Source: Octopus vulgaris
Taxonomy: Eukaryota
Length of the DNA: 64,000 bases
Reading direction: 5' to 3'
NCBI GenBank assembly: GCA_951406725.2
Contig: OX597821.1
Span: 17,112,001-17,176,000, forward strand
Both the position numbers and the translations under genes were made by a program. Below are positions 55,205 through 64,000 of this stretch, piece by piece. Every line of letters begins with the position of its first letter. Position 1 is the stretch's first letter. The notes below the pieces were generated by a model that was given only the letters and a program-made list of their open reading frames with translations, ran no database searches and was not told the DNA's origin.

Positions 55205-56167
55205 TATATACATACATATATATATATATATATGTTTAGATTACTATGTCTTCAAGGAAAGACAAAACATTGTAATTAGTTACTATTTTTTTTTTACATT
55301 TTCTTTTTCTTTTTTTTTCTGATTTACAGACTTTATATGTAATTGAATTTTATATCTCGTTTAAACAAATCATCAAGTTGGTGTTTGTCAATTAGTAGTG
55401 AATAATAAAGAACTAGATTCGTTTATCTGACATTTGCGGCCTACATTCTTGTGACAGACACAAAAGATTAACTATAAAATATTTAAGACAATTATTAATT
55501 ACATGGTTAGTCGTTTTAATTGAAAATGAAGACAGACTGCAAATCACTTATACGCACACACATGTAATATCTACGTGTGTGTGTGTGTGTGTGTGCATAT
55601 GAGCGAGAGAGGGAGAGTGTGTTTCTGTGTTTGTGTACGAGTTTTTCTATTCTTTTGCTTGTATCTCTGTGTGTGAGAAATGATAAAATATTTAGAACGA
55701 TTTGTAGAAGTTTATACAAGTTAAATGAATTTAAAAACACTATACACAACTTACGTTTTTCGTTTCTTCCAATCTTCTACTTTTTCATGCTGGCTCCTAT
55801 CTGTCTGTCAGATTTTTTATGTTTTTGCTTTTTTTAAAAGTTAGAATATTTTGAATAATTTCTAGCTTATACGAGTTTAATTAAGTAATCAATTTTAATG
55901 CAAATTATAAATTCTACAATAATTTCAAAGCAATAAAAGCGGGATATGTGTTGAATGATTAATATCATTTATTTTCCATAATAATTGCCCGTATAATTGA
56001 TATTTCGACGTGAAACGCCTAGTTCTTAGCAAGAAATCTAAATTGCTAACAATTATTATTCGATAATCGGTCTTTTCGTCACATTTGCCATTATAACTAA
56101 TTCATTTTGCATACTTTCCTGAGAAAGTAAATCTTTAACTGGGTAGTGTATTAGTTTATGACTTCTT

Positions 56168-56203
<36 letters not shown>

Positions 56204-56479
56204 AAGAAGTGTATATATATATGTATATATATATATATAAATATATATTCATGCAATAATAATGAAAATAATACTCCTTGCCACTATAAGCACAAGTGCC
56301 ACATATTAGACGAGGTTCGTCGCAATAACAGTGTAGCACAAAACGGCGGTGCATCAGCATGGCCGCAGCTCTGAGCTGAAACTAGAAAAAAAAATATATA
56401 TATATATATATAAACTACATACACACAATACACACATACACATGTGCGTGTATGTGTGTGTGTGTGTTGTACTGTTCTA

Positions 56480-57365
56480 TGATAGAAAATTCAACAAAAA
56501 GGGCTCTATTTGGTGAGAGATAAATATTATTTATTTGAAGGACTCAGTACATGTCTTTAAGTGTTACTAATAGTTTCATATGTTGAGGAATGTCTCGAAT
56601 ATATTCTTGAGGTACAAACCACAAATCATAACGGAATGAAAAGAATTTGAATAGAAGAAACGGGAAAAACTGAGAAGGCTGCATATAGAAAACATAGAAT
56701 GTAAAAAAGGGAAAACGAAAACACGAAGACTAAAATGTAAAAAATGAAAAGTAAAAAGGTAAAAGGGTTATCTTCTTTAGACCTTAAGGCTGGATAGATA
56801 TCAACACGATAATCGGAAATAGGCGGGATTTTCCTATTCTTCAAAACCTACCCTTGAACACGCTGAAAATTTCTTACCTAGAGTTCAGTGGAGAGTTAGG
56901 GATCTTAGATCTGAACATGATCTGCGCTCTTTCAGCTAAACAAAGCCTACATTTATTCGGTATGGATTATAAGGTATGGATTTCTCAATTATTTTCCACT
57001 TAATCACATGTTGTGTTTCCGTATCTTTCAAACTCCATACTTCGCTAACCAAGTTGACATCTTTGCTTTTGTCCTTTATATCGGTAGGAGGCTATGCGAT
57101 TAGCATAACGATTTTTAAATTGCCCTTCACATAATCCAGTATATATGTTCTTATCTGATGTATTGTTAATTATGGTTGCAGTAACTTCTGCCTCATATAT
57201 GATAGATTTATTCATGCATCGTTGGTCAAGTGGACAGGATCCTGGGTCGCGACAGTTGTAACTGGATTTAGACTCCTGGTTTTGACCACGTGTAATGATA
57301 TAGCAGCAGCTGTATGATAATTTCATAGTACGTCTATTAAATATTTTCCTGTATCTGTGAGTTGC
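56480..57365 (-). mobile_element. Penelope-like element fragment (GIY-YIG), a distinct lineage from 31466 and 50475
   Basis: KLSYSC...NCRDPGSCPLDQRC...IIYEAEV...IYTGLCEGQFKNRYAN. Confidence 0.82.
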
Positions 57366-57471
57366 TGAAGTGATTGTCTAGGAGAGAGAGAGATCATTTA
57401 CCTGTTAGTTTTTATATGAACGGAAAAGGAAGAGGCAACCAAAATAGTTTCCCTTGGTCTATTTTTAGGTC

Positions 57472-57563
<92 letters not shown>

Positions 57564-57586
57564 ATTATTATTATTATTATTATTAA

Positions 57587-57629
<43 letters not shown>

Positions 57630-57648
57630 GTTATCATTATTATTATTA

Positions 57649-57718
<70 letters not shown>

Positions 57719-57720
57719 CA

Positions 57721-57790
<70 letters not shown>
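57472..57790. repeat. About 320-bp (TAT)n microsatellite
   Basis: Direct reading. Confidence 0.95.
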
Positions 57791-57968
57791 CTTTGCACAG
57801 CTTCTAACGCTGGAGATGTACTACAGTGTCAGCTGTTCACTACCAGTGAACTAAGGTAACACCTCATATTTTTCGAGCAGCTTCCTGAGTATTCCAGCGG
57901 TTCCAAGCTGTGCTGTGTTCTGCAAGTGTTCCACCCTTATTGCAGCCCCTATTTGTTCCATGTACTTT
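57790..57968 (-). mobile_element. R4/Dong LINE 3' terminus, second copy
   Basis: Homologous to 26424-26600; EHLQNTAQLGTAGILRKLLE. Confidence 0.85.
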
Positions 57969-58620
57969 AAAAACATGAAATACCGCTTAGCATTTCACCC
58001 GGCGCGCTAACGTTTCTGCCATTACTATCATTTTGATTAATACTAGAAAGGTTATGTATTACATTATTTTTGATGCCACTAGATCTATTGTTATTATTCT
58101 GATCATTATTAGGTTGTCCATATATAAATTTATCTTTGAAGCCACTATTGGCTATGGCATTGTTATAACAGTGGGCAACTTTTTAGAAGAAGAGAGGTTA
58201 GCAACGCTACTACTAATATTAGCTAACAGGTTTCTAAATATTACACGAGGGTGACAAGACTGTTTATGTATATATGCGAGTTTTTCATTAGGCTTATAGA
58301 AAGTATTATACGACGAGTTCAGAAATTTTCATTGGTTGCAAGCATATGTATAAACATATTTTGAAGAATTTTTCCCGGCTCACTTAATAGCTTTCCAGCC
58401 TTATAATTTAAGGTCTGAGGAGGATAACTCTTTTACCTTTCTAATTTTAACTTTTCATGCTTTCTTTTTTCGTTTCCCATTTTTTACCATCTGCGTTTAC
58501 CAAATACTGCTATTTCAGTTTTTTCGCGTTTCTTCAATTATTCAATGTTGCCTTAGATCGTTATATGTGGTTTGTGTCTGTAGAACCTGTCCTTTAAGTA
58601 AATTATATATATATAATATA

Positions 58621-59029
58621 GGCACAGAAGTGGCTGTGCGGTAAGTAGCTTGCTAACCAACCACATGGTTCCGGGTTCAGTCCCACTGCGTGGCACCTTG
58701 GGCAAGGGTCTTCTGCTATAGCCCCGGGCCGACCAATGCCTTGTGAGTGGATTTGGTAGACGGAAACTGAAAGAAGCCCGTCGTATATATGTATATATAT
58801 ATGTATGTGTGTGTGTGTGTTTGTGTGTCTGTGTTTGTCCCCCTAGCATTGCTTGACAACCGATGCTGGTGTGTTTACGTCCCCGTTACTTAGCGGTTCG
58901 GCAAAAGAGACCGATAGAATAAGTACTGGGCTTACAAAATAATAAGTCCCGGGGTCGAGTTGCTCGACTAAAGGCGGTGCTCCAGCATGGCCGCAGTCAA
59001 ATGACTGAACCACGTAAAAGAGTAAAGAG
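58621..59029 (+). mobile_element. SINE family A, full-length
   Basis: Matches 12126-12541. Confidence 0.93.
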
Positions 59030-59122
59030 TATATATATATATATATATTTCTTTTTTTTCCCTCTCTCTTCCCTTCTCTTCTCCTATGTTTCCGACGAAG
59101 AGCTCCGCTCGAAGCGTTAAAC

Positions 59123-59175
<53 letters not shown>

Positions 59176-59392
59176 GGGAATAAATCCAAACTTACAGGGA
59201 AAAATCAGATTTAGGATTGAATCCAATTTTATAGTGGATATTAATTAATTATATTAATTAATTATAATTAATTATTATTAATTATATTTTTTAATAATTG
59301 TTACACATTTAAATAATATAGATTAATTTATGTATTGGCTTAAGTCTTTCATTGTTTGATTTGCATAATAGTGGTTTTGTCTCTAATTTAAT

Positions 59393-59446
<54 letters not shown>

Positions 59447-59499
59447 GTCCTTTAATTAAATATATATTCATGCAATAATAATGAAAATAATACTCCTTG

Positions 59500-59935
59500 C
59501 CTCTATAAGCACAAGGCCTGGATTTTGTGGGGAGGGAATGATCGATCACATGTACTCCACTATTCCACAGGTACTTAATTGATCGATCCCAAAAGGATGA
59601 GAGACAACGTCGACCTCGGCGGAATTCGAACTCAGGACATTGCGGCGGACGAAATACTGCCGTACATTTCGCCCGGCGTGCTAACGGTTCTGCCTGATTG
59701 CCGCCTTAATAATCATAATAATAATAATTTCAAATTTTGTCAAAGGTCAGTTTGGTGGGGGATTTAGTCGATTTCATCGACCCCAGTGCGTAGCAGGTAC
59801 TTATATAATCGACCTCGAATGGATGAGAGGCAAAGTCGAACTCGGCGCAATTTCAACTCAGAACGTAGCAGCAGACGAAATACCGCTAAACATTTCGCCC
59901 GGCCAGCCAACGATTGTGACAGCTCGCCGACTTAA
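59500..59935 (-). mobile_element. Two adjacent SINE family C copies
   Basis: Two reverse-complement C heads, each followed by ttaataatcataata. Confidence 0.85.
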
Positions 59936-60058
59936 TAATCATAATAGCAACATATATAGTCTATATAGACGTGTAAACGAGAGAAATTTGCTTGAATATT
60001 ATGTACGTATATATGTGTGTGTGTATACAGTAGGTATGTATGTAATTATGCATATATA

Positions 60059-60550
60059 CAAGGTGCAATAGGTAAATTGTCGACATTTTATATTTTTAAT
60101 TTCGTGCATCTGCATTGTTTGTTTTTTATTTTGTCGACTGAAGAGTATAATAAGGTCACTTGGGCACCGTCTGTGAGAGAATCAGCACCATGATGCAATT
60201 CATCCTCCCAGAAACTTGGGAATGACATGCTGTAGTGCTGGGCATTCGCGCCGAAACTCTAATACAAACATTTCAGAACAACCATTAACTTGCAGTGTCC
60301 CCAAAACACGTACCGGGATTGATAAACATCAAATATCCAGTCAAAATCGTGGTGTACGGAGTGATCACTTGTGATAGCAACGTTATTCCTCCATTCATCT
60401 TCTCACAGGGCCTCACACTGAACCCGGAGGCCTGCATTAAATGCCTGGAGGAAGAGGTGCTGCCCTGGGTCAAGAAATTGGCTGCTGGAAGATCTTATGT
60501 CTGGCAAAAAGACTCTGCACCATGCCATACAAGCAGGAGAACCCAGTGCA
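60059..60550 (+). mobile_element. Tc1/mariner-superfamily transposase fragment
   Basis: VVYGVIT...PPFIF..GL..N...Y/C...LE..VLPW...YVWQKDSAPCHTS contains the second catalytic Asp motif. Confidence 0.82.
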
Positions 60551-60980
60551 GAACCTGGTGCAGAACCAAATGTAATTTGCTATTAAATCTTGATATTTCC
60601 ATTTTCGTGTTGTATAATTCTTTTATTAGTAGTCTGGGTAAATCCCAGCAGTTTGCAGTTGAAGCACATTTTCTTATTCCATTGCTGTTGTGTGTTTGTG
60701 CAAAATACATATTAAAGGTGAAAATTATGGAATAATATTATTTAATCGTTTAATTATTTAAATGATATTATTTAATGTTTAATCAATAAACTACTCATAT
60801 GTGAGTGTGTATATGTCTGTGCCTGTGTCTGTGTGCGTGCGTGTGCCCACGTGTGTTTGTAGATAAATAGATAGATAGATGGATAGATAGTTGTATTTAT
60901 ATATATGCATGTATGTATGAATTTACGTATGTGTTTATCTGTTTGTACGGATATGTATATATGTGTACATAGCTACATGC

Positions 60981-61020
<40 letters not shown>

Positions 61021-61346
61021 ATGTATGTATATATATATATATATATATATATGTTTGTTTAACGGTAATTTTCATAGCATTTTTTCGATGGCCCAATAAC
61101 TGAAAAGATGCCGGCGTCGTTTCCGCCCCGACATCCGAAAAGCGGAGTTTTATCATGGCTACCGAATAATTGTTACATACTATATTTACAGATAAATTCC
61201 ACTATTTACATAACATCGAGGTCTCTTTCATTCTTTTGTTGTCTTGACATTTCTATCAATATATATATATATATATATATATATCTTTATGCTTGTAGCT
61301 ATGTACACATACATACACATACGTATACATACATGTACGTACATAG

Positions 61347-61377
<31 letters not shown>

Positions 61378-61951
61378 CATACATACATACATGTGTATTG
61401 TTTCTTTACTTGGGGAAAGAGCATGCTCTAGGATTGTACTGCATGCCCATTCTATGGCCAGCGCCCTGATGCTTATATCTTAGATTTAAGGAACACAGAC
61501 AGTATAAATAATGGATCAACGTACTTTATGTATATTTATTTGGAGAGATTGTTATTTTACCCTCTCTAAATTCTCATATATTAAATTCACTGTATCTAAT
61601 CCATGTCTAATCCTTCATCAATTTTAAATTTTAATCCGTAATCGAATTTAATAATAACACTTTTTCCAAATACTTTTTACTGCCTTTTCTTATATGTTAT
61701 TTGTAAATCCTTCATCATCCTCTTCAATACAAATGCTTTCACAGTGTGTATTTTTTCATTTTGTTATGCTGTTTTGTTCTTGCGAGTGTTTGGCGCGAAC
61801 ATCACATCGAATGTCAATCTAATAAAACATGCATTTTCTATTGTATTGAAAGTAGGCCACGTATTAGGCTTACAATGCATGCAAACACTATTGTCTATAC
61901 ACTGTTAATATTTGTGTATTGGGGTTTTGTTCAAACCTTTTAATGTTTCCT

Positions 61952-62019
<68 letters not shown>

Positions 62020-62155
62020 CAGACAGGTAGATAAATAGACAGACAGACAGACAGATAGATCAAAGGATAGGTAGAAAGATAGATAGTTTTGCGAGTAAAT
62101 TTGGGAGGTAGACATACTTAGTATGTCCTTTGTTCAAATTTAATCCTTCAGCAAT

Positions 62156-62229
<74 letters not shown>

Positions 62230-62639
62230 CGTCAGCGCAGAGATTTGAAAAGTTAAGATGTGCAAGTTGTTGAGATCAACACTTGGTCTAACGCGCTGCG
62301 CATCTCGATTTAACTTAGGCATCTGAAACCGGCCTTAGCAAACATATTCTGTCTGTTTTGCTAGAAAGAGGTAGAAACTGATATCAGTCCGGGAGGTAAA
62401 GTTATCGGTAAATGTTTTTGATTTTCACTCTCGATAAGTTTATCCCTTTTTTGTGTCCCTAGCACTTGGCATCCTTATTTAGGAGCCCTTAATTATATTT
62501 CTACATGAATAATTTTTTTCTATATGAATAATATTTTGTCTAATGACTAATTCGTCTTTTGTGCTGGGCCACTGGTAGTAATCTATAATATTATTACCCT
62601 TTTGATTGTATTTATATATATATATATGGTGTGCTTTTG

Positions 62640-62850
62640 AGCCTGTGTTTGTGCCTTACCAACGATTGTCAAACGTTGTACGTATGTCAACGTCCCTGTC
62701 ACTTACCGGTTTGACAAAACAGACAATAGAATAAATACCATGCCTTAAAAATATGTACTGGGGACGATTTGTTTACTAACATTCTTCAATGCAGTGCCCC
62801 AGCATGACCGCAGTCTAATGAGTGAAACATGTGAAATATAAAAGATAAAG
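62640..62850 (+). mobile_element. SINE family A 3' half, diverged
   Basis: gtcacttaccggtt...cagcatgaccgcagtctaatgagtgaaac. Confidence 0.75.
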
Positions 62851-63019
62851 ATATGTTCATAATCAAAGATAGAGATCATAAAACCAAATTTAAACTCGGT
62901 CTTACAAAATTAATTGCTAAGATATAAAAGAACGAAAAGAAACAAAAACCTCAAATCGGTTCTGCTCCATCTACAGAGAATTTGCTAAGAGCTATAATAC
63001 CAAGACTTACTGTAATAAT

Positions 63020-63210
63020 CCTTTCTACTATAGGGACAATGCCTGAGATTACATCGACTCCAGTGCGTAACTGGTAGTTATTTTATTGGCCACGAATGGA
63101 TGAAAGGCAGAGTCGAACTCGGCGGGTCTGTGAAATCAGAAGGTAAAGACAGACGAAAGGCCGCTAAGCATTTTGCCTGGTGTACTAACGATTCTGCCAA
63201 CTCGTCTCCT
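63020..63210 (-). mobile_element. SINE family C, diverged
   Basis: Reverse complement of the C head and body. Confidence 0.75.
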
Positions 63211-63429
63211 ATTTTCATAATTGTAAAATGGAACAGATAAAGAGGGAGTTTCTACGTGGTTGCTCGACCAGCTAGAAATAAGAACTAAATTTCCGTCTAA
63301 TGACACTTAGCAGTCTTGAAAAGAGGAAGATTTTGGCGGGTTCTCTTTTATGCATCTTAAGTTAAACGGGACAGTCATGAGTGGAAGCAATACCGTTGGT
63401 ATGTCCCGATCTTGGATTTAAAAAAACAG

Positions 63430-63459
63430 CGACTACTACTACTGGCGTTGCTGCTGCTG

Positions 63460-63495
<36 letters not shown>

Positions 63496-63514
63496 TTATT
63501 ACTACTACTACTAT

Positions 63515-63546
<32 letters not shown>

Positions 63547-64000
63547 TTATTATTATTACTACTATTACCACTACAGAAAAATTAATATCGATAAAATTCA
63601 CATTTCCAATAATATCAATACGAACATGTAGGAAGAACGAACAGAACTAAGAGTATAAACAACGAAAAAAGCTACCAACTTAACAGAAAAAACTAAAGGG
63701 GAACACAAAATTCCTTGGAAGAAATATGAACAACACCAACATCACATCAAGAGCAATAACAACAACAAGCAGCCGAAAAAGCAACGGCAAGAAATATAGG
63801 GACAACAACAACAACTTAGCAGTGAAGTGGTGAGGATGACACAAAGAAGAGAAAATAACGGAGTTGAAAGTATCGGTAAATTTATCAACAACAGAAGCAA
63901 ATACCATAACAACAGCAGCAACAACAACTGCTGTAAGCGTTAAAAAAAACATAACATTAGAAGCAACAAGAGCAGCAACTATAAACACAGCATCAATGAT
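63430..64000. repeat. (ACT)n and degenerate (AAC)n low-complexity region
   Basis: Direct reading. Confidence 0.85.

Noticed and set aside
56800-56850. SECIS-like hairpin downstream of a PLE
   Set aside because: The helix between the TGA/GA motif and the AAA loop is only about 7-8 bp, shorter than canonical, and no Sec codon context is evident.

Overview
AT-rich, microsatellite-dense eukaryotic non-coding DNA (intergenic or deep intron). The SINE repertoire most resembles Octopus/cephalopod genomic DNA; this is recognition from memory, not a database result. I find no intact host protein-coding gene, and nearly all listed ORFs are microsatellite read-through. The window is a nested set of mobile elements: (1) three abundant tRNA-derived SINE families, here called A, B and C; (2) fragments of Penelope-like elements (GIY-YIG and RT thumb) and of RTE, R4/Dong, Tx1-like and Hero/NeSL-like LINEs; (3) mariner/Tc1, hAT and Helitron remnants. 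The standout is a tRNA-headed element whose tail carries a minimal hammerhead ribozyme (HHR), present as a head-to-head inverted dimer inside one 11-bp target-site duplication (38613-39912). It is a candidate Pol III SINE mobilised by Penelope machinery. It sits among about ten sequence-diverse HHR or HHR-like motifs and several inverted (foldback) insertions in (TA)n tracts. Two SINE 3' tails also match LINE 3' ends present in the same window. All coordinates and alignments were read by eye.
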